Both the position numbers and the translations under genes were made by a program. The notes under the pieces were generated by a model. That model was given only the letters and a program-made list of their open reading frames with translations. It ran no database searches and was not told where the DNA came from. Positions 45,890-54,329 of a DNA stretch of 64,000 nucleotides are shown piece by piece. How positions within the stretch are numbered: the first letter of the stretch is position 1; every line of letters starts with the position of its first letter. The stretch comes from a bacterium (GTDB taxonomy: Bacteria; Patescibacteriota; UBA1384; CAILIB01): assembly GCA_037131105.1 (NCBI GenBank), contig JBAXRQ010000001.1:258039-322038 (forward strand), given 5' to 3'.

Positions 45890-46907
45890 GAATTCAATAC
45901 CTAATGCACCACCTGTCTGCTACAACTGGTGCATATGAAACACCTAACATCCTACGAGAGAGAACAGATCGCCTACTGGAAGAGCCAAGGCCTTGGTGTG
46001 CGGGACATCGCGGGAAAGGTGAGCCGTGACCACTCGGTGGTGAGCCGGGAACTGAGGAGAAACAAAGGTCAGCTCTTTCCCTACGAGGCGGCAAACGCCC
46101 AGTACTACGCTGAGCGCAGAAGGAGGATCGCCAACCGCCCGAAGCTTTCCAAGCACCGGGAACTTAAGGAGTGGGTACATGACCAGCTCATGCAAAAGTG
46201 GAGTCCGGAACAAATTGCGGGCCGGCTCAAAGAACACCCTCCCGTCCACCTTGCGGGACTCACCATTAGCCACGAGGCCATCTACCAGTGGATCTACGCC
46301 GAGTCTCCCCGGGGCGCTCCCTGGCTCTACCACCACTTGCGCAGAAAGCACGTTGAGCGGCGGCCAAAGTTCGGTAGGAAGAAGAGAAACCAGGTTAAGA
46401 TACCGGAGCTGGTGCCCATTTCGGAGCGTGGGGAACTAGAGGGGTTCGGCCACTTCGAGGCCGACTCTGTAGTCGGCAAGAACCACAAGCCAGGCCTTTC
46501 CGTCCACTACGAGAAAGCCACTCAGTGGACAAAGCTGCACAAGTTAGAGAGCATGAAGGCTGAGGAGACCCTGGCTGCGCTGGAGGGCACCCTCGCCGAC
46601 CTGCCCCTGGGGTTCGCGGCCTCGGTCACGTTCGACCGGGGCGGCGAGACCGCCCTCCACTACCGCCTGAGGGAGTCCTACGGCGTCGCCACCTACCACT
46701 GCGACCCGTACAGCCCCCACCAGAAGGGAGGGGTAGAGAACGTGAACGGCCTGGTCCGCCAGTTCTTTCCCAAGGGCACCGACTTCCGGTATGTTAGTCC
46801 CGAGACGGTCGCCCTGGTAGAGGATCTCCTCAACAACCGGCCCAGGAAGAAACTGAACTACCAAACCCCTAACGAAGCCATGAGTGGTGCATTAGATTCT
46901 TGAATTC
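45890..46907 (+). mobile_element. IS30-family insertion sequence
   Basis: Terminal inverted repeats gaattcaatacctaatgcaccac (left) and gtggtgcattagattcttgaattc (right). Single DDE transposase. Confidence 0.8.
45929..46903 (+). CDS. IS30-family transposase
   Basis: N-terminal HTH (YEREQIAYWKSQGLGVRDIAG), WSPEQIAGRLK motif and an rve DDE domain. Confidence 0.85.
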   Translation: MHMKHLTSYEREQIAYWKSQGLGVRDIAGKVSRDHSVVSRELRRNKGQLFPYEAANAQYYAERRRRIANRPKLSKHRELKEWVHDQLMQKWSPEQIAGRLKEHPPVHLAGLTISHEAIYQWIYAESPRGAPWLYHHLRRKHVERRPKFGRKKRNQVKIPELVPISERGELEGFGHFEADSVVGKNHKPGLSVHYEKATQWTKLHKLESMKAEETLAALEGTLADLPLGFAASVTFDRGGETALHYRLRESYGVATYHCDPYSPHQKGGVENVNGLVRQFFPKGTDFRYVSPETVALVEDLLNNRPRKKLNYQTPNEAMSGALDS

Positions 46908-47547
46908 ACCATATCCTGCCTATGCTGATTTCCAAGACTATAAGGCTGAAATAGTGGATACGGAAGAGGAGATACTCCGTAAGAGTTTCCAGTATTTAGA
47001 CTGGGCAAATCAGTATCTTGAGCACGTCTCCAGTAATGAAGATGTAAGTAAGGTTATCCAATCTAGTCTTATGCACCTAAAGATAGTAACTCTCTACTTT
47101 ATTGGGCCGGGACTTTCTGCAGCAGTCATCCCTTTAACTCACATTGAAATTCCTGGATTATTTTCTGTAACAGAGAGTCCCTATGGGGTGCGAGACATTC
47201 GTACAAGCTCTAATAACTCGAAGTTGCGTCATGTTAAGGGTAAGACCCAACCATACTGCATACTAAGGATGGTTGCCGAACAATACCAGAGAAATACTTG
47301 GAAAGGGGAGCGTCCAGACAGGATAGAGCTTGCCTATGAGGATATTATTGCCCGATTGAAGGATGCCGAATACTGTTCTTTCCCCATTAAGAAGGACATT
47401 GCCAAACTGCCGTATGACCATCTAACCGACTTATTGTACGAGGTAAAAAGGATAATCTCATTTACTGAAACCCAGGCAAAAGTAACCCAAGCGAATAAAA
47501 AAGTCCGTCTTGTATTCCTGATCCCCAAAAGCGGAGCAGGGAAGTAG
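46900..47547 (+). CDS. hypothetical protein (TTG start inside IS30 right repeat; probably 5'-truncated)
   Basis: 215 aa, AT-rich. Its start overlaps the IS terminal repeat. Confidence 0.3.
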   Translation: MNSPYPAYADFQDYKAEIVDTEEEILRKSFQYLDWANQYLEHVSSNEDVSKVIQSSLMHLKIVTLYFIGPGLSAAVIPLTHIEIPGLFSVTESPYGVRDIRTSSNNSKLRHVKGKTQPYCILRMVAEQYQRNTWKGERPDRIELAYEDIIARLKDAEYCSFPIKKDIAKLPYDHLTDLLYEVKRIISFTETQAKVTQANKKVRLVFLIPKSGAGK

Positions 47548-47904
47548 AGTAGTTCCGCCACTTCCGCCACTGAAATGGATAGCCTTTTATAGGTTATTTT
47601 TTGAATTCTTGACAAAGTGTAATCCCGCTATAGAGGTGGAGTTAGTCGTAAGGACTCTACTAGCCGGAGTGACAGGAAGACTATAAGCAGACCTGTCTAG
47701 GGAGCTGGCCGACCGGAATCAACTATACGGATACCTATCACGAACCGAATAATCTTCTTCTTTTCAGGATTTCTTCTTCTACCGCACCGTACTCGCTACC
47801 GCTCATACGTTGCTGGGACTGGATAACCTAGGATGGGATTCGGGACGGAGGGGAAACGGCTAGGAGTGAAGGGAGGGCCTCCATCTTACCCAAAGCGAAG
47901 CCCT

Positions 47905-48072
47905 ATGCGTCGACAAGTCAACAAACAGACTAAACAACTTAGGGTTTCGGTAGAGCTCCATAAAAAGTTGCGGCTTGAGGCTGCAAAAAAGTGTGTTCCT
48001 ATGGGTGAAATTCTTGTGGAAGTGCTTGAGGGCACATACCTCGATAGTCGTAACTTAAAGGCGAAGAAATGA
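47905..48072 (+). CDS. ribbon-helix-helix (CopG/Arc-like) protein
   Basis: QLRVSVELHKKLRLEAAKKCVPMGEILVEVLE fits an RHH beta-alpha-alpha fold. Confidence 0.4.
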   Translation: MRRQVNKQTKQLRVSVELHKKLRLEAAKKCVPMGEILVEVLEGTYLDSRNLKAKK

Positions 48073-48266
48073 AGGTTAAAACTACGTCATCTAATCTTGA
48101 CCCTCAACGGATTGTAAAAGATGCCGGTCAAGTTTTAGATGAAATGGTATCAGGTCTCTTGGATGAACTTGAGATTCCGCAAAACGATAGAGAGAGATTC
48201 ATATCTGATCTAAAACGAATGATTAATATTTCCTTTGATGAATATTTTGATCAGCTAGGTAGTTAA
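48069..48266 (+). CDS. small acidic hypothetical protein
   Basis: 65 aa. Overlapping stop/start with the flanking genes indicates an operon with the recombinase. Confidence 0.35.
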   Translation: MKVKTTSSNLDPQRIVKDAGQVLDEMVSGLLDELEIPQNDRERFISDLKRMINISFDEYFDQLGS

Positions 48267-48270
48267 TTAT

Positions 48271-49875
48271 ATGGTATACGCCTTCATCTACACTCGGGTA
48301 AGTAGCGAACGTCAGGTTACAGAGGGAAACGGCACTCAGAGCCAAGAACAGCGTTGTCGCTCATATGCCAAATTTCAAGGCTATCAGGTGAAGTTGGTTG
48401 TCCCTGATGATGGGGTTTCCGGTGCAATATTAAATCGGCCAGGAATGAGGAAGCTACTAGAAGAGCTACGAACATTCTCAGGTGAAAAGGTGGTTATTAT
48501 TGATGATATCTCCCGTTTAGCAAGGGATATTAAAACCCATATTGAACTTCGTGCGGCAATTGCTACTTGTGGGGCAACTTTGGAATCTCCTAATATGAAG
48601 TTTGAAGAAACGGCGGTAGGTGAATATATAGAAATGATAATGGCTGCAACCGCTCAATTTCAGAGAAAAGGAAATAGGGAGCAGGTAATTAATCGCCAAC
48701 GTGCCCGCCTTGAAATGGGGTATTGGACGTTCCATGCTCCCCTTGGGCTACATTATGAAAAGCATCCTCTTCATAAAAAGCTTATCACACCAGATCAGAC
48801 AGCTTACAAATTAGCCGAAGGCCTTGAGCGGTATGCTATTGGGTCAATATCCACAAAAAGGGCACTTGCTACACACCTGATTAAAAATGGCTTCTTTGTA
48901 GATGCTCCGTTGGATATTATAGAAAAAAAGCTAACGAGAGTCTTTGATAACTTAAGCCTTTATGCGGGTTATATTGAGTATCCTGCGTGGAACATTGAGA
49001 AAGTAAAGGGTCGTCATACGGCCATAATAGGTGATGACATATATAACCTATTATTGGGAAGAGAGGGTAATCTTCCTGAGCGGCTAGGGAATAGGACACA
49101 ACCTAACTCAGAGTTTATTCTTCGTAACTTTGTACGGTGTCCGCATTGTATGTATGGCTTTACTGCATCTTATGCCAAACCAGGGAAAAAGTTTCCACGG
49201 TATTATTGTCGTAATCAAAAATGTGCCTACTACGGTCGGACTGTACGGAGAGATATTCTGACTGATAAGTTTGAGGAGCTTCTTAAGTCCCTAGAGGCAA
49301 AAGATGGGCTAATACAGCTTCTAGAGAGACTTAGTAAGGAGGAGTGGACTAAAAAACTAGAGAGCTGGGAAAGAACCGGTAAATTATCTGAGCAAAGAGT
49401 GGAGGAATATTCTAGGGAATTGGCGAGAGCTACTAAGCGCTTGTTAAAAACTACGAATGAGCATGTTGCAGAAGAGATTGAGATAGAAATTGATAAGCTG
49501 CGGGCACAACAGAAAGGTCTTGAAATAGACGTGAGTAAATACCGTCAGTCTCCTCCTAACTTCGAAGAGGCTTTGGGGCGTGTTAGCACTCTTCTTAAGA
49601 GCCCTTACTCCTATTGGAAATCAGGTTCAGATGAACAAAAAAGAACGGTTCACAATATAGTGTTTACCGTTCCCCCTTCCTATGACATAACTAAAGGAGT
49701 TTACACCGTTAGTTATGCGCTTCCATACCAGGTTTTAAATACTCTGAAAGAAGATAGATCTCGGGTGGTGGACCAGAGCCTAAAAACTTGGAACACCTTT
49801 TTCAAGTATGTGGAGGAGTGGGAGCCGAAGCTGGAAGAGATTTACGGCAATTTAGACTACTCAAATGGCTTTTAA
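48271..49875 (+). CDS. large serine recombinase
   Basis: N-terminal MVYAFIYTRVSSERQ catalytic motif, recombinase domain, Cys-rich zinc ribbon (CPHC...CRNQKC) and coiled coil. Confidence 0.85.
   Translation: MVYAFIYTRVSSERQVTEGNGTQSQEQRCRSYAKFQGYQVKLVVPDDGVSGAILNRPGMRKLLEELRTFSGEKVVIIDDISRLARDIKTHIELRAAIATCGATLESPNMKFEETAVGEYIEMIMAATAQFQRKGNREQVINRQRARLEMGYWTFHAPLGLHYEKHPLHKKLITPDQTAYKLAEGLERYAIGSISTKRALATHLIKNGFFVDAPLDIIEKKLTRVFDNLSLYAGYIEYPAWNIEKVKGRHTAIIGDDIYNLLLGREGNLPERLGNRTQPNSEFILRNFVRCPHCMYGFTASYAKPGKKFPRYYCRNQKCAYYGRTVRRDILTDKFEELLKSLEAKDGLIQLLERLSKEEWTKKLESWERTGKLSEQRVEEYSRELARATKRLLKTTNEHVAEEIEIEIDKLRAQQKGLEIDVSKYRQSPPNFEEALGRVSTLLKSPYSYWKSGSDEQKRTVHNIVFTVPPSYDITKGVYTVSYALPYQVLNTLKEDRSRVVDQSLKTWNTFFKYVEEWEPKLEEIYGNLDYSNGF
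49765..49875 (+). repeat. recombinase 3'-end repeat R0 (within gene)
   Basis: gtggtggaccagagcctaaaaacttggaacacc... is repeated at 50475 and 51383. Confidence 0.7.
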
Positions 49876-49880
49876 TTCAA

Positions 49881-50336
49881 TTAGATACCATCCTGGCTTT
49901 CCTGGTACTGTCCGAATACTTTTTCGTATACAAGCGAAGCGGTATCCAGTCGGCCTTGAGCAGCATATTTGTCGTCGGTGCCAGCGTTTTCAAGCTCAGT
50001 CCTGAAGTTCTCTTTAAAGTTTTCGAGAGCATCGGCCAAAAGGCTGATCTCTTGGTGGGAGAGTGCTTCGTCATCACCTAGCTTCAGCCCGATTTCACCG
50101 ATAGTGCTAAGTTTTCTTGCTACGCTAGCTTTTTCGCTGGAAGTATCTACGCCATCTTCACGCTGCTGTCTAAAGTATTCCCTTTCTTTCGTCATTAGCT
50201 CCTTTTGCATTCGGTCCAGCGCAGCATACATAGTCGTTTTTTCCTTCTCAGAATATAAACCCTGAACTTCCGGTGCCTTAACTGCCTCGTTGGCTGTCAC
50301 TTTAATATCTTCTGGTTGATATCCTTCTATACTCAT
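49881..50336 (-). CDS. hypothetical protein (cassette A cargo)
   Basis: 151 aa, acidic, coiled-coil-like. Confidence 0.45.
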   Translation of the reverse strand: MSIEGYQPEDIKVTANEAVKAPEVQGLYSEKEKTTMYAALDRMQKELMTKEREYFRQQREDGVDTSSEKASVARKLSTIGEIGLKLGDDEALSHQEISLLADALENFKENFRTELENAGTDDKYAAQGRLDTASLVYEKVFGQYQESQDGI

Positions 50337-50474
50337 AAAGATCTTTTAGATTGAATTATGCTGTTATATTACCATAAAAGTATTTATAAGATCCTAGATA
50401 CCAAAAAACAGCCTGTTAGGCTGCTCTGGGTTCCAAGTGTCAGTTTGGTGTCGCCGGATTAAACCTGGAAAAAT

Positions 50475-50594
50475 CGTGGTGGACCAGAGCCGAAAAACTT
50501 GGAACACATTCTTTGAGTACGTAACAGATTGGGAGCCGAAATTAAGGCAGGTTTACGACTATGAACCTAAAGCAAGGACCGATCCACCAGGATG
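50475..50594 (+). repeat. recombinase 3'-end repeat R1 (gene remnant, in-frame to stop)
   Basis: Encodes VVDQSRKTWNTFFEYVTDWEPKLRQVYDYEPK.... Compare the recombinase C-terminus VVDQSLKTWNTFFKYVEEWEPKLEEIYGNL. Confidence 0.7.
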
Positions 50595-50699
50595 AGTTGT
50601 GTTGTTTAATGGATCAACGTACCTGAAAAATTCACAATAAAAATTGCCCCGACAGGCTGCTATGCAGTGATCTGACGGGGCGGTGGGTGCGATTTGGGC

Positions 50700-51032
50700 T
50701 TAGTACTTTGGCTCGTACTCGCCGACCGACGCTACAGTCTGCTCGAATAGTACGACCTTCTTCCTGAGTACCATGCGGGCGACCCTGGCCCAGCCCTCTG
50801 CGTCGCTGACGCTAAGATGGGGATTGCTTTCATCCATGCAGACGAAGCCTTGCTTCAGGTCCGGGACCTTCAGGCCGACGAGATCGAGGAACTCGGTGAG
50901 CGAGACCGCGTTCTGCGGATGCATCTCCGGGCTACGCAGGCTGACCAGGATCTGGTCTGGCCGCATCCTGTCCCTCATCGAGACATAGACTGTTTCCGCT
51001 GCCTTGGCTTCTTCGGTTGTAAAGTGCTTCAT
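50700..51032 (-). CDS. hypothetical protein (cassette B cargo)
   Basis: Start MKHFTTEE preceded by SD AGGAGGAAGG. 110 aa. Confidence 0.45.
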   Translation of the reverse strand: MKHFTTEEAKAAETVYVSMRDRMRPDQILVSLRSPEMHPQNAVSLTEFLDLVGLKVPDLKQGFVCMDESNPHLSVSDAEGWARVARMVLRKKVVLFEQTVASVGEYEPKY

Positions 51033-51169
51033 ATCCTTCCTCCTTGGAATGAGATTCAGCGCGAATATAACCCGAATTCGTCCAATTGTCAAGGAGTATA
51101 CGAAAAAAGCCTAGCAGAAAGTGTAGATTACACGTAATAGTTAGACTGTTTTCTACTCTGTAAAAAGTG

Positions 51170-51350
51170 GTGGAGGTGGGAGAATCGCACGTGGCTCTCT
51201 TGCCGCTCGGGTTGGGAACCCTCGCTGGCTCGCTCCCAGGAAACCCACGGTTTCCTTGACGCCGCTGGTGCGGCTACCTTCCTCCACGGAAAAACTCCCG
51301 TTTTCCCGACCCCTTTCCCCGTGTGACTCTCTTTCCTGAAAACTTTACCA
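51170..51350. repeat. att-like motif + REP composite element (copy E6)
   Basis: gtggtggaggtgggagaatcgcacgtggctc followed by ctcgctcccaggaaacccacggtttcc and cttcctccacggaaaaactccc. Confidence 0.5.
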
Positions 51351-51384
51351 ACATAAAAACAGCTCTGAGAGCTGTGTTTATGTT
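51350..51384. other. conserved hairpin at cassette boundary
   Basis: aacataaaaacagctctgagagctgtgtttatgtt, identical to 52649-52683. Confidence 0.6.
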
Positions 51385-51487
51385 GGTGGACCAGAGCTTA
51401 AAAACTTGGAACACTTTTCTTGAGTGCGTATGGGATTGGGAGCCGATGCTGAGGGAGATCTATGGGGATTTGAATCAAGAGGGCTGA
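51383..51487 (+). repeat. recombinase 3'-end repeat R2 (gene remnant)
   Basis: Encodes VDQSLKTWNTLLECVWDWEPMLREIYGDLNQEG*. Confidence 0.7.
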
Positions 51488-51531
51488 CTTGAATGCACTA
51501 AATGGTGTAAAGTTCGTACATTCACAATACG

Positions 51532-52521
51532 GTGAATTTGCACGTATCACCCTGTGAAGACGTGCCAAGCTTTTGGTGTTATTCTATACACATGCAAGAG
51601 TTTCCCTATCTCAATACCAAAATTCCAGTTCAACACTCAGCCAAGGAGCTGAGTACTTTCGTCGAAGGGTTTCCTGGCTTTAAATTCTGCATTTATCTCG
51701 CCCACAAGGACGAAGAGGGATGGGAGCGCTCGACCAGCAGGGCTTACATGAACCGCCTATTCCCCCGTTTCCTCTATGTTCCAGTAGACATCCTCAAGGA
51801 AGATGTTGATGAGCTACGAGCCGTCTATTCTCTTGTAACTGTAAGTCCGGAGATTGTTGCCATAAACCAGACCCAGCCGCACAAGAGCAATGCGGTTATG
51901 CAAGAGTTCCTAGAGGAAGGAGATATCCCGGCAAACGTCGACGCCATAGTAAAGGATGAGGGAGGAATGCTGGTAGCGTATGACCTTAACGGACCGTCGT
52001 TCATCCGATGGTTCAAGGACGAGGCGGGCGGGTTCGAGTCGGCAACTGTGCTGCTCGTAGGGGTAGGCGGTGTCGGCGAGCCTATCGCGCGGGCCTTGGC
52101 CTACGAGCACACTGCATGCGTCTACCTTATCGACCCTGTTAGTAAGGTTGAGCTCCAGGCAGAGCTTTCCGAGCTTATGGACGTGGAATACTACACCCTG
52201 CAGCACGACCTGGATCTGCCGGAGACAGTTGAGCGCCTTGTGCTCATCAACTGCGCCGGCAAGGAGGGCGTAGAGGGCCAGTCAAAGGTTGAGGAATGGC
52301 TTACCAGATATAAGGAAAAGGGGTTCATTTTTGTTGATCTCAGGCCTCACTTGGATATTGATATTGTAAAGAAGGCGGAGTCACTAGGGTGGAAGGCTTT
52401 TACGGGTCACGGAATGAATGCCTACAACGATCATGTGCTGGTATCTAAGATTGCGGAGCTGATCGGGGGGACATCGCCAAAATTCGAAGAGTTCAGAAAA
52501 GCAGTGGCAGGGGTCTCTTAG
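51532..52521 (+). CDS. shikimate/quinate dehydrogenase-like NAD(P)-binding protein (cassette C cargo)
   Basis: NQTQPHK resembles the AroE NvTiPhK motif. Rossmann GVGGVG. NCAGKEG. 329 aa. Confidence 0.45.
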   Translation: MNLHVSPCEDVPSFWCYSIHMQEFPYLNTKIPVQHSAKELSTFVEGFPGFKFCIYLAHKDEEGWERSTSRAYMNRLFPRFLYVPVDILKEDVDELRAVYSLVTVSPEIVAINQTQPHKSNAVMQEFLEEGDIPANVDAIVKDEGGMLVAYDLNGPSFIRWFKDEAGGFESATVLLVGVGGVGEPIARALAYEHTACVYLIDPVSKVELQAELSELMDVEYYTLQHDLDLPETVERLVLINCAGKEGVEGQSKVEEWLTRYKEKGFIFVDLRPHLDIDIVKKAESLGWKAFTGHGMNAYNDHVLVSKIAELIGGTSPKFEEFRKAVAGVS

Positions 52522-52524
52522 GAT

Positions 52525-52650
52525 TCGGTGGGAGAATCGCGCGTCGCTCGCTTCCGTTCGGCATAATGCCTCACTGCTCGCTCCCAGGAAACCCTCCCCG
52601 GTTTCCGACCCTTCCGACTGTGCAACTCTCTTTCCTACAAACCCAACCAA
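52525..52650. repeat. att-like motif + REP composite element (copy E7)
   Basis: ggtgggagaatcgcgcgtcgctcgc...ctcgctcccaggaaaccctccccggtttccgaccc. Confidence 0.5.
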
Positions 52651-52683
52651 CATAAAAACAGCTCTGAGAGCTGTGTTTATGTT
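52649..52683. other. conserved hairpin (second copy) at array end
   Basis: aacataaaaacagctctgagagctgtgtttatgtt followed by ggtgga. Confidence 0.6.
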
Positions 52684-52689
52684 GGTGGA

Positions 52690-53057
52690 GGTGGCGAGAG
52701 TCGCACTCGCGTCCAAAGTGGTTGCGGCAGCGGTTCTACATGCTTAGTCCCGTTCAATTTAACCTCCCCTGAGCGCGGGACGACTCTGGGATCGGCTTCT
52801 ACCGTAAGCTTATCAGCGACGACGGTAGCTGTCGCTGGGGCATCCTCACTATATGTCGCTAAGCCTCTCCGGTCAGGAGGCAGAAAGGTAAGCGGCGATC
52901 GTTATTAGGCGAAAGCTGGTGCGAAAGTCGCAGGAGTCAGCAAGCTGGCTACAGCGGACTTAACGCGAGCAAATGCAGTTGCACTTGTGGTGTGTGTACA
53001 TAGTTTAACGAGGGCAAATACACATCCTCGGCATGCTGGTACTGCGACAGGACCACC
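52690..53057 (+). ncRNA. structured RNA, candidate RNase P RNA (rnpB)
   Basis: ~365 nt with no credible ORF and many hairpins. UUAGUCCCG (52744) is complementary to CGGACUUA (52961), as in the P4 helix. ACAGCGGACUUAACG resembles CR-V. GAAAGGUAAGCGGCG resembles CR-II. The terminal segments GGUGGCGAGAGUCGC / GCGACAGGACCACC could pair as P1. Confidence 0.3.
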
Positions 53058-53200
53058 CTGTCGAATAAATACACCCCCATGTTGTTAAGCTCCAAGTGCC
53101 TGCTGATCATAGCACGAACATGCCCTTTTGTCAATTGACCAACAGGTTGGGAGATGGTACTACTAGGGCGTATCGATTCCGTATTGAAAGGGGCGTGGAT

Positions 53201-53581
53201 ATGGGCGCACATAGTGCGACGCTGTCGATTGATGGGGCAATTGCAGCTGCCTACTTGGCCTTGTGGCTGATGGTATGGCTGATCTGCCTGTTCGAGGCAT
53301 TCTGGCTTTTTCGTTACTGTCTTGCCAGGAAAAACGGATGTATGGAAAGCCGCGAGTACCGGCTGTACTCCAACCAGGTACTGATGTCCTGGCTGATGAC
53401 GTTCGGGTCGGCGGCAGCGGTAACCCTGCTCTTTTGGGTGGTGGCTCCGGTAAGGAACGTTGCCATACTGTCCGCGCAGTCACTGTGGTACCAGGTGGCG
53501 GTAATGACTGTGCAGGTACTGATCCTGGCACATGTCGGCAACGATCCGCCCATGATCAGACAATACGGAGGTGAACCTTGA
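53201..53581 (+). CDS. hypothetical membrane protein
   Basis: Start at MGAHS with SD AAAGGGG. 3-4 TM helices. Confidence 0.35.
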   Translation: MGAHSATLSIDGAIAAAYLALWLMVWLICLFEAFWLFRYCLARKNGCMESREYRLYSNQVLMSWLMTFGSAAAVTLLFWVVAPVRNVAILSAQSLWYQVAVMTVQVLILAHVGNDPPMIRQYGGEP

Positions 53582-53842
53582 TAGCCTTGCTCGGAACTAT
53601 GTATGTGTGCGTCATTACGCATTGGGAGATTTCCGTGTCGGTGCTGGTCTGTCTTGGGACGGCGTATGTCGTTAAGGATGTTCCCCGGCAGTATCGTCGC
53701 TAGGCCGAGAGTGATTTGGGGTATACCACGAGGAGGGTGAACATGATTCCGATCTGCTTTGAGTTGAGGCTGTATGAAGACGATGATGGCTATTATGCCT
53801 ACAGAAGGAGAAAGCTGAAGAAGCGACGACCTTCTACTGGAG

Positions 53843-54217
53843 GTGGATGGCATGGATAGTCTGGGTATGCTGGCGACAGCGGTGCTTGTCGGCCTCGTCG
53901 CAACGGCTATGGAAGCGGCAGTACTGTGCCTGCTGCAGTTTGTTCAGTGGCGGCTGGAGGAGCGCTTTTCCTGGGGAATGGACAGTGAGGAACGTTTCAA
54001 TAGTTTTCTTCGCGACCTGGTCCTGATGAAGCTTTCTGCTTCAGTCCTGCTCATGGTAGCATTCGTGGCTTTTCCGGAACCGTTGTCATGGTTCGGGGTA
54101 GCGCTTGGCTGCAACGCCGTGTTCAAATGGCTGCTCATCATCAAGAGACGTGAGTCGCAGCTTGGCTGGGCAGTGTATGGGAAACTCTTTAAGGGAGGAG
54201 GATACGCCTGCGCGTAA
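53843..54217 (+). CDS. hypothetical membrane protein
   Basis: 124 aa with 3 TM helices. Preceded by a 38-aa upstream ORF with SD GGAGGG (53744-53860). Confidence 0.4.
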   Translation: MDGMDSLGMLATAVLVGLVATAMEAAVLCLLQFVQWRLEERFSWGMDSEERFNSFLRDLVLMKLSASVLLMVAFVAFPEPLSWFGVALGCNAVFKWLLIIKRRESQLGWAVYGKLFKGGGYACA

Positions 54218-54329
54218 GTCAGGATAGGAATGGTTGTCGTTTAGAGTCGCCGGTCCCCTGTGGGCCGGCGCTTCTTTTTACTCTGTAAACCTTGACTTTT
54301 ACCCATGTAAATTATACTTTACATCTGAT

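Noticed and set aside
52949-53212. 87-aa minus-strand ORF across the candidate structured RNA
   Set aside because: No ribosome-binding site. It lies antisense to a region with strong RNA-like secondary structure, so it is a likely chance ORF.
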